From positions 20,586,001 through 20,650,000 of the forward strand of contig CM075988.1 in the NCBI GenBank assembly GCA_038087875.1: a stretch of 64,000 nucleotides of DNA. Reading direction: 5' to 3'. Positions 1 to 12,313 of the stretch are shown in pieces. Each line of letters starts with the position of its first letter. The first letter of the stretch is position 1. The translations under genes and the position numbers were made by a program. The notes under the pieces are model-generated. The model ran no database searches. It had not been told where the DNA came from and was given only the letters and a program-made list of their open reading frames with translations. This DNA is from Malacoraja senta (lineage: Eukaryota).

Positions 1-11
1 TGTGAACGCAG

Positions 12-440
12 GGCTTGTACTCGCTAGAATTTAGAAGATTGAGGGGCGATCTTATAGAAACTTACAAAATTCTTAAGGGGTTGGACAGGCTAGATGCAGG
101 AAGATTGTTCCCAATGTTGGGGAAGTCCAGAAAAAGGGGTCACAGTTTAAGGATAAGGGGGAAATCTTTTTGGACCGAGATGAGAAAAACATTTTTCACA
201 CAGAGAGTGGTGAATCTCTGGAATTCTCTGCCACAGAAGATAGTTGAGGCCAGTTCATTGGCTATATTTAAGAGGGAGTTAGATGTGGCCCTTGTGGCTA
301 AAGGTATCGGGGGTATGGAGAGAAGGTACAGGATACTGAGTTGGATGATCAGCCATGATCATATTGAATGGCGGTGCAGGCTCGAAGGGCCGAATGGCCT
401 ACTCCTGCACCTATTTTCTATGTTTCTATGTTTCTATGTT
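12..440 (+). mobile_element. CR1 LINE 3' fragment (ORF2 C-terminus, 3'UTR and (TCTATGTT)n tail)
   Basis: Translation YSLEFRRLRGDLIETYKIL...FFTQRVVNLWNSLP is the CR1 ORF2 C-terminus. Near-identical to 2270-2690 and ends in an octamer tail. Confidence 0.93.
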
Positions 441-599
441 TTCTCCGGGTGCTCCGGTTTCCTCCCACATCCCAGGTTAATTGGCTTCTGGATGTGGTTT
501 TCCATCCAAATTAGTTGTTGTCGACTCTTACTGGCCTAAATTGTGCTGATTAAAGTGTGACGAATCAAGTGCAGTTAGAGATTAGTTTAACTTGACGTC

Positions 600-2600
600 A
601 TGTTTGGCAGGGACATTGTGGGCCGAAGGGCCTGTTCCTGCGCTATGCTGTTCTATGTTCTAACTGACTCTAGCAGGGATAGTATCAAAGCAAAAGATGA
701 TGCGTACAAATTAGCCAGAAAAAGCAGCACACCAGAGGACTGGGAGAAATTCAGAGACCAGCAGAGGAGGACAAAGGGCTTAATTAGGAAAGGGAAAATA
801 GATTATGAAAGAAAACTGGCAGGGAACATAAAAACTGACTGCAAAAGTTTTTATAGATATGTGAAGAGAAAGAGATTAGTTAAAACAAATGTAGGTCCCT
901 TGCAGTCAGAAACAGGTGAATTGATCATGGGGAACAAGGATATGGCGGACCAATTGAATAACTACTTTGGTTCCGTCTTCACTATGGAAGACATAAATAA
1001 TCTGCCGGAAATAGCAGGGGACCGCGGGTCAAAGGAGATGGAGGAACTGAGTGAAATCCAGGTTAGTCGGGAAGTGGTGTTGGGTAAATTGAGTGGATTA
1101 AAGGCCGATAAATCACCAGGGCCAGATAGGCTGCATCCCAGAGTACTTAAGGAAGTAGCTCCAGAAATAGTGGATGCATTAGTGATAATTTTTCAAAACT
1201 CTTTAGATTCTGGAGTAGTTCCTGAGGATTGGAGGGTAGCAAACATAACCCCACTTTTTAAGAAGGGAGGGAGAGAGAAAATGGGGAATTACAGACCAGT
1301 TAGTCTAACATCGGTAGTGGGGAAACTGCTAGAGTCAGTTATTAAAGATGGGATAGCAGCACATTTGGAAAGTGGTGAAATCATTGGACAAAGTCAGCAT
1401 GGATTTACAAAAGGTAAATCATGTCTGACGAATCTTATAGAATTTTTCGAGGATGTAACTAGTAGAGTGGATAGGGGAGAACCAGTGGATGTGTTGTATC
1501 TGGACTTTCAGAAGGCTTTCGACAAGGTCCCACATAAGAGATTAGTATACAAGCTTAAAGCACACAGTATTGGGGGTTCAGTATTGATGTGGATAGAGAA
1601 CTGGCTGGCAAACAGGAAGCAAAGAGTAGGAGTAAACGGGTCCTTTTCACAATGGCAGGCGGTGACTAGTGGGGTACCGCAAGGCTCAGTGCTGGGACCC
1701 CAGCTATTTACAATTTATATTAATGAACTGGATGAGGGAATTGAAGGCAACATCTCCAAATTTGCGGATGACACTAAGCTGGGGGGCAGTGTTAGCTGTG
1801 AGGAGGATGCTAGGAGACAGCAAGGTGACTTGGATAGGCTGGGTGAGTGGGCAAATGTTTGGCAGATGCAGTATAATGTGGATAAATGTGAGGTTATCCA
1901 CTTTGGTGGCAAAAACAAGAAAGCAGACTATTATCTAAATGGTGGCCGATTAGGAAAAGGGGAGATGCAGCGAGACCTGGGTGTCATGGTACACCAGTCA
2001 TTGAAAGTAGGCATGCAGGTGCAGCAGGCAGTGAAGAAAGCAAATGGTATGTTAGCATTCATAGCAAAAGGATTTGAGTATAGGAGCAGGGAGGTTCTAC
2101 TGCAGTTGTACAGGGTCTTGGTGAGACCACACCTGGAGTATTGCGTACAGTTTTGGTCTCCAAATCTGAGGAAGGACATTATAGCCATAGAGGGAGTGCA
2201 GAGAAGGTTCACCAGACTGATTCCTGGGATGTCAGGACTTTCATATGAAGAAAGACTGGATAGACTTGGCTTATACTCGCTAGAATTTAGGAGATTGAGA
2301 GGGGATCTTATAGAAACGTACAAAATTCTTATGGGGTTGGACAGGCTAGATGCAGGAAGATTGTTCCCGATGTTGGGGAAGTCCAGGACAAGGGGTCACA
2401 GCTTAAGGATAAGGGGGAAATCCTTTAAGACCGAGATGAGAAAAAACTTTTTCACACAGAGAGTGGTGAATCTCTGGAACTCTCTGCCACAGAGGGTAGT
2501 TGAGGCCAGTTAATTGGCTATATTTAAGAGGGAGTTAGATGTGGCCCTTGTGGCTAAAGGGTTCAGGGGGTATGGAGAGAAGGCAGGTACGGGATACTGA
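600..2600 (+). pseudogene. CR1 ORF2 reverse transcriptase domain (no endonuclease), premature stop at 2511-2513
   Basis: Motifs [45 protein letters not shown] at 2511 corresponds to TCA in sibling copies, and the natural end GYGEKAGTGY* is at 2600. The first ~22 codons of the called ORF come from flanking sequence. Confidence 0.93.
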
Positions 2601-2692
2601 GTTGGATGATCAGCCATGATCATATTGAATGGCGGTGCAGGCTCGAAGGGCTGAATGGCCTACTCCTGCACCTATTTTCTATGTATCTATGT
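668..2692 (+). mobile_element. 5'-truncated young CR1 LINE
   Basis: Uninterrupted RT-containing ORF, CR1 3'UTR and a ctatgtat tail. The 5' end abuts a SINE/CR1 tail at about 600-665. Confidence 0.96.
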
Positions 2693-2693
2693 T

Positions 2694-2885
2694 ATAGACA
2701 CAAAGTGCTGGAGTATCTCAGTGGGTCAGCCAGCATCTCTGGAGAAAAAGGATGGCTGACGTTTCGGGTAGGGACCCTTCTTCAGACCCGAAACGACACC
2801 TATCCATTTTCTCCGGCGGAGTTGCCTGACCCAGTGAGTTACTCCAGCATTTCGGGTCTATCTTTGCATCAATTGCATCTGCCTC
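2694..2885. repeat. Penelope-derived palindromic unit with hammerhead core on the minus strand (2757-2786)
   Basis: Inverted arms gctggagta..ctcag..ggtcag..cagcatctctggagaaaa / ttttctcc..tgcctgacc..tgagttactccagca. Minus strand reads TCTGAAGAAGGGTCCCTACCCGAAACGTCA. Confidence 0.75.
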
Positions 2886-3494
2886 TTTGGTATAAAGCAG
2901 CAGTTCGTTTAATTGCAACCATTTTTGCATCTCTAGCCTTTCCATGACATTCAAATGAAAACGTGTTGGAAAATTTTTCATATCTGAAATTTAATTTGGG
3001 AAGATTAACTGTGAATTCAAGGGGGTGTGGATGGAGTTCCCACAAAGAGTGGAGCCCCACATCGCTCTCTCCCAGGAGTCCAGCAGATCTAACAATTTCT
3101 CTGAAAGCCTCAAGTCCTGGAAATTGTGAAACAAAACTGTGGCCACATGTTTGGCAGCATTTGATATCCAAAGTGCACCAAATGTTTGATAAGTAGCCTC
3201 ATTTTCTGAAGGACACTCTGTCCACCAACATGTCTCGGATGGCAGGAGAATATTGAGAATCCTGCATGCTTAGATAATCACTACACTATTGTTCCACTGC
3301 TGGTGGTTTAATCACAAAGCAGACGTGTCCATCATCTTGCTGTTCTAAAGCAGTGGAGATTTGCTGGAGACAAGGAACAGCAGATGCTGGAACCGTGAGC
3401 AAAACACAAAGTCAACAGGTCAAGGCAGGCAGCATCTGTGGAGGGAATGGGCAGACGACATTTCAGGTTGGGTCCCTTCTACAGTAGGGGGTGA

Positions 3495-4617
3495 TCATAG
3501 AGTCATACAGCGTGGAAACAGGCCCTTTGGCCCATCGTGCCTACACCAACAAACATGTCCCATCTATACCTGTCCCACCAGTCCGTGTTTGGCCCATATC
3601 CCTCTAAACCTGTCCTATGCATGTACCTATCTAAATGTTTCTTAAATGTTGTGATAGTACCTGCCTCAACTACCTTCTCTGGCAGCTCGTTCCATACACC
3701 GTCCACCCTTTGCGTGAAAAAGTTGCTCCCCAGCTTCCTAATAAATCTTTCACCCCTCACCTTAAACCTAAGCCCTACAAATACAATACAATACAATTTA
3801 TTTGTCATTCGGACCACGTTGAGGTCCAAACGAAATGTCGTTTCTGCAGCCATACATTACAAAACGAAAAAGACCCGAGACACAACACAATTTACACATA
3901 CATCCATCACAGCGCTGTGATGGAAGGCAAAAATAACTTATCTCTCCACTGCACTCCCCCCCCCGATGTCAGAGTCAAAGTCAAAGCCCCCGGCGGGCGA
4001 TGGTGATTGTCCCGCGGCCATTAAAGCCACGGCGGGCGATGCAAGGTCGCGCGGCCATTCTAAGCCGCGCGGGGCGGTGATGTAAAGCCCCGCTCCAGGT
4101 GGTCTTCAACCCCGCAACTCGGGCGGGAGAAGTCGCCGCTGCGGAAGCCCCGAAAAGCAGTCTCCCACCAGGGACCCGCGGGCTTCCGGTGTTACCGTCC
4201 GCCAGACCCGCGGTTGTAGCCTCCGAATCTCTGGGGGTCGGGTCGCAACAGCGCTCCACCACAGCTCCACCCGCTCCGGACTCGCCCAGCCGCGTGACGG
4301 TGAGTAGTCCGCAGCTCCGCAACTGGAGCCCCAGGTCGTTCCTGCTGGAGGCCGCTCCACGTTGCCCAGCCCCAACGACAACGGAGACCCGACAAAGAAA
4401 AGGTCGGGTCTCCCGTGCAGGGGAAAGATTTTAAAGTCCCCCCCCCCCACCCCCCCACCCCCCCACACACATACCCCGACAAAAAAATAAAATAAAAATG
4501 ACATAGAAACGAGACAAAAATAATAAAAATACAGACGGACTGCAGAGGCCTCTGGTTCTCGATTCCCCTACTCTGTCTAAGAGACTGTGCGTTTACCCAA
4601 ATTATTCACCTCATGAG
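3495..4617 (-). mobile_element. Old CR1 3' fragment interrupted by a GC-rich element
   Basis: Minus translation FFTQRVDGVWNELPEKVVEAGTITTFKKHLDRYM. The sequence resumes after 4550. Confidence 0.8.
3778..4550 (-). mobile_element. GC-rich non-autonomous retroelement with Rex-like 3' end and (TTGTA)n tail
   Basis: Splits the host CR1 fragment. The minus-strand end catttcg..hairpin..tgacaaataaattgtattgtattgta and its 5' start both resemble 8596-9426. Confidence 0.6.
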
Positions 4618-5219
4618 GTAGGGGGAGAAATCTGTGGGAGTTGTTTGTGTTTGAGGCCTGACTGATGCCGTGCTGAATACTATCCAAACTCTGGTTGGTA
4701 AAGACCACAGTAGGCAAGGTGGAGATATCTGCTGAGGGAGAGGTCGGACCAGACATATATCTCCTTCGTTCAGTTGCGCTGCTTTTATTAATCTCTGTCC
4801 AGCTGAACTGAATCCTTCTGATGCGCGATAGTGCAGGGAAGATAAAAAAAGAGCTTTGATTTCTGTTTAAATAATTGGCTTTTTCTGAGCAATTTGCACA
4901 ATGATAGCAGATCCCTTTCACTGCTTGCATAAGGCATTCTACACACTCAACGCCACTTTGTACAACATTAGTCAGACTTCCCTACTGAGTATAGAAGTTG
5001 GGAGGTCATGTTACAGTTGTATAAGACATTGGTTAGGCCACATTTAGAGTATTGTTTTCAGTTTTGATCGCCATCATATAGGAAAGACGTTGTCAAGCTG
5101 GAAAAGGTGCAGAGAATAGACACAAATTGCTGTAGAAACTCAGCAGGTCGGGCAGCATCTCTGGAGAAAAGGAATAGGCGACGTTTTGGGTCCAAACCCT
5201 TCTTCAGACTCTTTTTTCA

Positions 5220-5390
5220 GAGAGGGTGAAGTTAGAATAGGTACGGAGAGTTGAAAAGTTAAGATGATTGATGTCCCGCCGGCAGTTAGAAATGAAAAGG
5301 TCTAGAGAGAGTGGAAGGCCAAGAGGAGGGGGACCACTGGAGACAGGAGAAGGGTTCATCACTGGATGGTGAGGAAGTGATGTCTGGCTG
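5220..5390 (-). mobile_element. Penelope-like element ORF fragment
   Basis: Minus translation includes SLDLFISNCRRDINHLNFSTL..SNFTLSE, which I recognise as resembling the region upstream of RT in vertebrate Penelope-like elements. It lies next to a hammerhead-type unit at 5117-5210. Confidence 0.6.
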
Positions 5391-5934
5391 AAGGAAAGGG
5401 TGAATTATTAAATAAAAAAACTTAAAGTAAACACAATAAAGTACAGTCTTAAAGCAATTAGCACAACCAAAGTTACCGGTGTACAATTACCAACAGGTAA
5501 AAGTTGAACACTTTATTAACTTATGTGTCACTAAGAGAATTCTTTATTTTAATGTAGGAAATAATGCCCTGGCATTTGTAAAGGAAAAAAAAACAATTAA
5601 TGGAAAATAGTGCTCTTAAACAGCCTGTGCTCAACTCTATCAAATTTATTCTTCAGTGGAAGAACCTGTGGCTGTGTGTGGATAATTTGTGGTGGGCACA
5701 TGTCTTAGGCTGAAGGCCCAGCCAAGAATAAACTAGTCAATGCCATGTAGAATAGGAAAAGCAGCACTATTTATGAGATACCATAAGTCAGCAAGTTAGT
5801 AGTTCCGTTCTGTAAAGAATGGTTTCAAGATGAACGTATTGTTCCATGTCGGTTCCAATAGAATACAGTGAATGAATAGTCACATTAATTTATTTTAAAA
5901 TGTTCTCAATCTTTGTAGACATACATTTATTTCT

Positions 5935-6670
5935 TAGAGTAACATCATCGTACAGCATGAAAACAGGTCTTTCGGCCCAACTCTTCCAGTTCCATTTATC
6001 GAGTCATAGTCTGACAGTGTGGAAACAGGCCCTTCAGCCCAACTTGCCCATACCGACAAACATGTCCCATCTACACTAGTCCCACCTGCCTGCATTTGTC
6101 CCATATCCCTTTAAACCTGTCCTATTCATGTACCTGTCTAATTGTTTCTTAAACGCTGTGATAGTACCAGCCTCAACTACCTCCTCTGGCAGCTCGTTCC
6201 TTACACCTATCACCCTTTGTGTGAAAGAGTTACCCCTCAGGCCCCAATTAATTCTTTCACCCCTCATCTTAAACCTATGTCCTCTGATTCCCGATTCCCC
6301 AACCCTAGGCAAGAGACTCTGTGCGTCTACCTGATCTATTTCTCTAATTTGTCTGTGTTTTACCTAACTCTCTCAAGCCTTTCCTATCCATGTACCTGTT
6401 CACATATTCCTTAAATCTCGTTTCAGTACCTCCCTCAACCACTTCCTCTTGCAGCTTGTTCCATACACACCACCCTTTTTGTGAAAATGTTGTCCCTCAC
6501 ATTCCTATTAAATGTTCCCCTTCTTATCTTAAACCTATGCCATCTAGTTCTTGATTCCACAGGGGAAAAACACTTTGTGTATTTACCTTATCTATACCCC
6601 CCTATAAGATCACCCCTGAGTCGCCTTTGCTCCAAGGAAAAAAGCCATATCCTGCCTAACTATCCTGTTC
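5935..6670 (-). mobile_element. Cluster of degenerate CR1 3' fragments
   Basis: Minus translation PRVGESGIRGHRFKMRGER...FTQRVIGVRNELPEEVVEAGT. Confidence 0.8.
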
Positions 6671-6967
6671 TCTTCTTACAGCTTTGTAATTTTTTTCTTT
6701 TTAGATACTCCCTTCTGAACTTTACAATTCAATCTGTCTCCACAACTCTCCTTGACTGTATTTCTGAGCTGCCAACCACCCATGTTGTAAAACTATTTCT
6801 TCATGTCAGTTTGGGAGGAAATAATCTCCTTATTTTACTTAGTCATATAGTCATGGAAACAGGCCCTTTGGTCCAACTTACCCACAAGTCCCAACTACAC
6901 TAGTCCCACCTGTCCATGTTTGGCCCAGATCCCTCCAAAGCCGTCCTATCCATGTCCCTGTCTAAAT

Positions 6968-7375
6968 CAGGTACATGTGTGTACAGTGTGGGCCTCGGCG
7001 GCAATGGGAGCCTCGATGGCGGTGGGGCCTCGTGGTTGATGAGCGTGAGTGGGGAGGGGAAGACAATGGGGACCCAGTGTGGGGGGACCGCAATGAGGGA
7101 CGGTGGGAGAACAAAGGGGGACCCGGTGTGAGGGGGGGGGGGACACACTCTAGTCTAGAATCCTCTGCCCAGGGTATCAGTCCGTGTTTGTTTGTTTGTT
7201 TGTTCATTTGTTCCGGTGAAGGCGCTGTACACACAGGGCAGCCGGCCAACACTCGCTTGTCTTTTTCTTTTTGTTTTCACTTTTAATTTCAAAGTTTTTG
7301 TGTACCTTGTGTGTTGTGACTGGCAGCAGACCAATATCCCTCCAGGGATGAATAAACTTTTATCGTGTCATATCG
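6968..7375 (+). mobile_element. GC-rich non-autonomous retroelement fragment nested in a CR1 tail
   Basis: Flanked by taaat on both sides (6963-6967, 7376-7380). Ends with aataaa and an atcgt-like tail. Confidence 0.5.
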
Positions 7376-8050
7376 TAAATATATCTTGAACGTTGGAATA
7401 GTCCCTGCCTCAACGACTTCCTCTGGCAGCTCGTTTCCCGTACACCCACCACCCATTGTGTGAAAAAGTTATCCTCAGATTCCTATTAAATCTTTTCCCC
7501 TTCACCTTAAACCTATGTCCTCAGGTCCTCAATTCACCTACCCTGGACAAATGTACTTCTGTACCATTACCTTTGAACATTTCACCTACTATCCACTTCC
7601 TATCCTGTGGAAAGTCCCTGCAATCATGCTTTCAGCACCACCTTCCAATTCGTCCAAAATACACAATTTTGTTGTGCTGTAACATTCTGAATAATAAGGG
7701 AAACAAAGCCTGCAAATGCCTTGAAATCTGAAACAACAGAAAATGCTGAAAACATTCAGCAGATCTAACATTTCAGGTCAAAGTATCTTTCTGATTCTAT
7801 TTCCACAGTTGTTGCCTGACCTGCTGAGTATCTCCAGCATTCTCTGCCACCACGTTGTGTTCTGCCTCTGACTACCTCCCTCCCGCCGCTACCACGTTGT
7901 ATCCTGACTTCAGCTGGAGATGCTCTCAGGACTGTCTAAATTGCAGTTTCTTGTGTCTCCATTCAGAACCCAGGCGCTGAATCCACTCCCCACACACTAG
8001 GGGCAATTTACAGAGCGGCACGATAGCGCAGCAATAGAGTTGCTGCCTAA

Positions 8051-8388
8051 TGCCCCTGTCCCACTTAGGAAACCTGAACGGAAACCTCTGGAGACTTTGC
8101 GCCCCACCCAAGGTTTCCGTGCGGTTCCCGGAGGTTTTTGTCAGTCTCCCTAATGGTCGAAAGTGGTTTCCGCTTCTTCTATGTTCCGGCCATTATTTCA
8201 AAAAATTCAAAACCAGCCTCGACTGAAAATAGGTTGCCGTTTTAAAATCGGTAATTTTTTTAGTTGAAGCCGGTTGCGATGCTAGTTGAAGGTGGTTGCC
8301 GGAGGTTGCAGGTAGTGGAAGGTAAGACCTCCCTGGTGGAATAAAACTGGGTGAAAAAAAGGTCTTACCTTCCACTACAGCAGGGGCA
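8051..8388. mobile_element. PIF/Harbinger-like MITE
   Basis: Termini tgcccctg / caggggca with TAA/TTA flanks, sitting at a TTA of the host SINE. A second copy starts at 43340. Confidence 0.75.
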
Positions 8389-8595
8389 TTACAGCGCTTG
8401 CAGTGCCAGAGGCCTGGGTTCGATCCTGACTGCAGGTGCTGTCTGTACAGAGTTTGTATATTCTCCCCGTGACCCGTGCGGGTTTTCTCCGAGATCTTTG
8501 GTTTCCTCCACATTCTAAGACGCACAGGTTTGCAGGTTAATTGGCTTGGGTTTGTAGACTTGGTGTAAGTGTAAATTGTCCTTAGTGTGTGTAGG

Positions 8596-9426
8596 GGGCG
8601 CCGCATTGAAGGCGGCCTCTGCCTACAGTCTGTTTGTTTTTCTATCTTTTTTTATTTTTAGTTAGTTTTAAAAGTATGTGTCTTTAGTTTCTCTAACTTT
8701 TCTATGTGGGGAGGGGGGTAGGGTAAGGGGGAAACCGTTTCCCAGTCACTTCCTGGCGAGGACGCAACTATTCTCCGAGTCGCGTCCTCCCCCCCCGCCT
8801 TGCGGCCTACCACCTGGATTGGAGCAGCCTCTCCTGCCGGGGACCGGACCAGAGCTCCAGCAGTGGTGGCGCAACGCTGGATTCACAGCGGAGCGGGCGA
8901 TGCCTTACCTGGGATCGCCGTGGAGGCTCCGGAGTGCTGGGCCCGCTGCATCTACATCGGAGCTGCAGAGCTTCCAGCGCGGCCGGCGCTGTCTTCAACG
9001 TTGCGGAGACCTGGGGCCATTTGCCGAGGGCCGCCAGCGTTGAATCTCCGCCCGGCGCGGCCTGTGGACTTCGGGAGCCATGGTCTCTGGTAGGAGGTGG
9101 CCGTTTCGGATGTCCAAGCTGCGGAGGATGTCCTCCAGTCCCGACGTCGGACTTCCATCACCCCGGCGAGCGGGCTTGAACATCGGGCCGCCCGTAGTGG
9201 CGAAAGCGGGGGCTCGGGAGCCCCCCCGACCACGGGAGGACAACAGAGGAGGATGACTGAATTTTGGAGCCTTCCCTCACAGTGGGAAACTTTGATCCCG
9301 CTGTGTGGGGATGTCTGTGTTAAAAACGATCGTGTTCTGTGCTCTTTATTATTCGTATGGCTGTATAGCGACCACACATTTCACTGTACCAATTGGTACA
9401 TGTGACAAATAAATGTATCTTGTATC
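8596..9426 (+). mobile_element. GC-rich non-autonomous retroelement with Rex-like 3' end
   Basis: Flanked by tagg (8592-8595, 9427-9430). Ends catttcactgtacc..ggtacatgtgacaaataaatgtatcttgtatc. No credible ORF. Confidence 0.65.
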
Positions 9427-10533
9427 TAGGCTTGTATTAATCTGTGGTGATCGCTGGTCGGCTAGGACTCGGTGGGCTGAAGGGCCTGCTTCCGCACTCT
9501 ATCTCCAAACTAAACTACAGAGGCAAATTAACCTACAAATCTGTACGTCTTTGGAATTGTGGAGGAAACCTGAGCACCCGGAGGAAACCCACGCACTCAT
9601 AGGGGGACGTACAAAACTCCCTACAGACAGCACCCATAGTCAGGATCAAACTTGGGTCTCTGGCACTGTAAGGCAGCAACTCTACCACGATGCCTATGGT
9701 GGGATAAAGAACTAGTAGCTGTGTTGTACGTTCCTGTTTTATATATTTTTGTGTTAAAATCTCTTGAAGCCAAAACGTTCTAGCCCTGAGGCAAGAGTGA
9801 GTACCTTAAGTAAGCTGCTTCAGTGTGCTGTTAAACATAGTCAAGGCAGTCGCATTATAGACTCTAATCTAACCCTACATAAATCTAGTGTGCTGGACAA
9901 AGGTGTATGCACTCTCAAGGTGCCAAAATCTGTTGGTTTTAATCTGGGATGGAGAGGTCTGGATTTTTTCTCGCACTGTACGGTTCGAAGCACTAATTGC
10001 TCCCCTGGCGGTCTTTATATTCAGTTGCATCTTCCAAATCGAGTGAATTGTGTCGTTTAGCTGGCCTGAGAACAATGGCTCCTCAGTGATGTTTAGTGGC
10101 AGAGTTGTGAAAGGCACATTGTACACTTCACAGGTTAACTGTTGTTGCTGTCAACAGTCTGACAATGTTGCTGCTTTGCTCATTCAATTATGTCAGGTGT
10201 TGGTGGAAAAAAAATCATTACTTTTAACACTCGGCTTGTGTTTTTAATTAAACCTTTCTCTCAGGAGAGCGAACATTTTAACATTAGCCGCACCATGCGT
10301 TTCTGCTTCCTGGTCGCACAGTATTTCCTTTGTTCGACGTTCAAGTTGTGGTGGCTTTGGACGAGAGGTCTAATGGCCTTTCCACGCCAACATATCACCC
10401 TCTTATCATTAGAGGGACATAATACAGTTGGGAAGCAAAATACTGCAGGTGGCAGACACCTGAAATCAAAACAGAAAATGCTCAGCAGGTCAGGCTGCGT
10501 CGGTGGATGGAGAAACGGGTTAATGTATCAAGG

Positions 10534-10846
10534 GTGACACAGTAGCGCAGTGATAGAGCTACTGCCTTACAGCGCCAGAGACCTGCGTTCGGTCCTGACT
10601 ACAGGTGCGGTCGGGTGTACGAAGTTTGCACATTCTCCCTGTGAATGTGTGGGATCCAGCTACTCCGGTTCCCTCCCACACTCCAAAGACATGCAGGTTT
10701 GTAGATTAATTGCCCTCTATCAATTGTATATTGTCCCAAGTGCGTAGGAAAGTGCTGGTGTGTGGGGTGGTCGCTGGTCCGCGCAGACTCGGTGGGCCGA
10801 CGGTCCTGTTTCCACACTGTATCTCTAAAGTTTAAAGTAAAGTCTA
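10534..10846 (+). mobile_element. V/HE1-type SINE
   Basis: A/B-box-like head, central domain, CR1-like tail and (taaagt)n. Confidence 0.85.
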
Positions 10847-11014
10847 ATGTATTAGAGGTCTACGTGCTTTTAACAGAGTTCAGGTTGCTGAGTCAAATCA
10901 CTATGGCGGGGATTAATTATGGCAGCATCATCTATTGAACCATATTCTGTAAAACCCAACAGTAGGTTACACAGTTGATACTGTTTAGTGTTTTGTTGAC
11001 ATGTTTGTTGGTGA

Positions 11015-11412
11015 GGGTCTGAGCTATAGGTAGAGGTAGAGCCGGCTGAGACTCTATTCCTTAGAGGGCAGGAGAATGAGGTGTGATCTTATGGAGGTGT
11101 ATAAAAATCATGAGAGGAATAGATCGGGTAGATGCACAGAGTCTCTTGCCCAGAGTAGGGGAATCAAGAACCAGAGGACATAGGTTTAAGGTGAAGGGGG
11201 AAGGATTTAACTAAAACATAAAGGCATCTGAGGGGTAACTTTTTCACACAAAGGGTGGTGGGTGCATGGAATGAGCTGCCTGAGTAGGTAGTTGAGACAG
11301 GGACTACTGCAATATGGGCCAAATGCAGGCAGGTGGGACTAGTGTAGATGGGACATGTTGGTCGGTGAGGGTAAGTTGGGCCAAAGGGCCTGCTTCCACA
11401 CTCTATGACTCT
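11015..11412 (+). mobile_element. Degenerate CR1 3' fragment
   Basis: Contains gatcttatggaggtgtataaaa..ttttcacacaaagggtggtgggtgcatggaatgagctgcc, matching the other CR1 ends. Confidence 0.8.
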
Positions 11413-11472
11413 GTCCGTTCCCCAATGGTCCTGTAGTTTGCCTTGATTTGTGTTGGCTGATTCATAAATACA

Positions 11473-12313
11473 ATGGCCGTCCCAATGGAGGTCCAGCTCC
11501 TAGCAGCATGGTGCGCTGACAACAACCTGGCCCTTAACTCCAAGAAGACCAAGGAGCTCATTGTAGACTTCAGGAAGTCTAGGGGCGGCACGCACACCCC
11601 CATCCACATTAACGGGATGGAGGTGGAACATGTTTCCAGCTTCAAGTTTCTGGGGGTCAACATCTCTGATGACCTCTCTTGGACCCACAATACCTCAACA
11701 CTGGTCAAGAAGGCTCACCAGCGTCTCTTCTTCCTGAGGAGACTAACGAAGATCCATCTGTCTCCTCAGATTCTGGTGAACTTCTTCCGCTGCACCATCG
11801 AGAGCATCCTTACCAACTGTATCACAGTATGGTATGGCAACTGCTCTGTCTCCGACCGGAAAGCATTGCAGAGGGTGGTGAAAACTGCCCAACGCATCAC
11901 CGGTTCCTCACTCCCCTCCATTGAGTCTGTCCAAAGCAAGCGATGTCTGCGAAGGGTGCGCAGCATCGTCAAGGACTGCTCTCACCCCACCCCAGCCACA
12001 GACTGTTTACCCTCCTCTACAGGTCTCTCCGTTGCCGGACCAGCAGGTTCAGGAACAGCTTCTTCCCTGCGGCTGTTACACTACTTAACTCTGCACCTTG
12101 GTGACTGCCAGTCACCCTCCCCCGGACACTCCTTCCCCAGTAAAATTGCACTACTGCTACTGTATATACATATATATATATATATTACTGTTACATTATT
12201 CTGTGTTCGCACTTCTGGGTGAGATGCGAACTGCATTTCGTTGTCTCTGTACTGTACACTGCACAATGACAATGAGGATTGAATCTGAATCTGAATCTGA
12301 ATCTGAATCTGAA
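11473..12313 (+). mobile_element. Rex1/Babar-clade LINE 3' fragment with (AATCTG)n tail
   Basis: EVQLLAAWCADNNLALNSKKTKELIVDFRK..FKFLGV..KKAHQRLFFLRRL..IESILTNCITVWYG is the post-RT region of Rex1/Babar elements. Confidence 0.88.

Larger units (their letters stand above)
8015..9518 (+). mobile_element. tRNA-derived V/HE1-type SINE split by two nested insertions
   Basis: The head gcggcacg..gcgcagc..tagagttgctgcc, B-box ggttcgatcc, central domain and CR1-like tail gggctgaagggcctg..ctccaaactaaac become contiguous once 8051-8388 and 8596-9426 are removed. Confidence 0.85.

Noticed and set aside
1931..2323. Antisense ORFs over CR1 ORF2 (also within 13132-16800)
   Set aside because: Shadow ORFs of the LINE coding strand.
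3981..4504. Several overlapping 100-130 aa ORFs (likewise 8678-9405)
   Set aside because: By-products of GC-rich repeat sequence with few stop codons.
4610..4819. Apparent minus-strand exon (RIQFSWTEINK...LPLPHE) that could splice to NSKMMDTSAL* near 3312-3344
   Set aside because: The donor lies in a CR1-derived relic (attattcacctcatga) and the peptide resembles no family I recognise.
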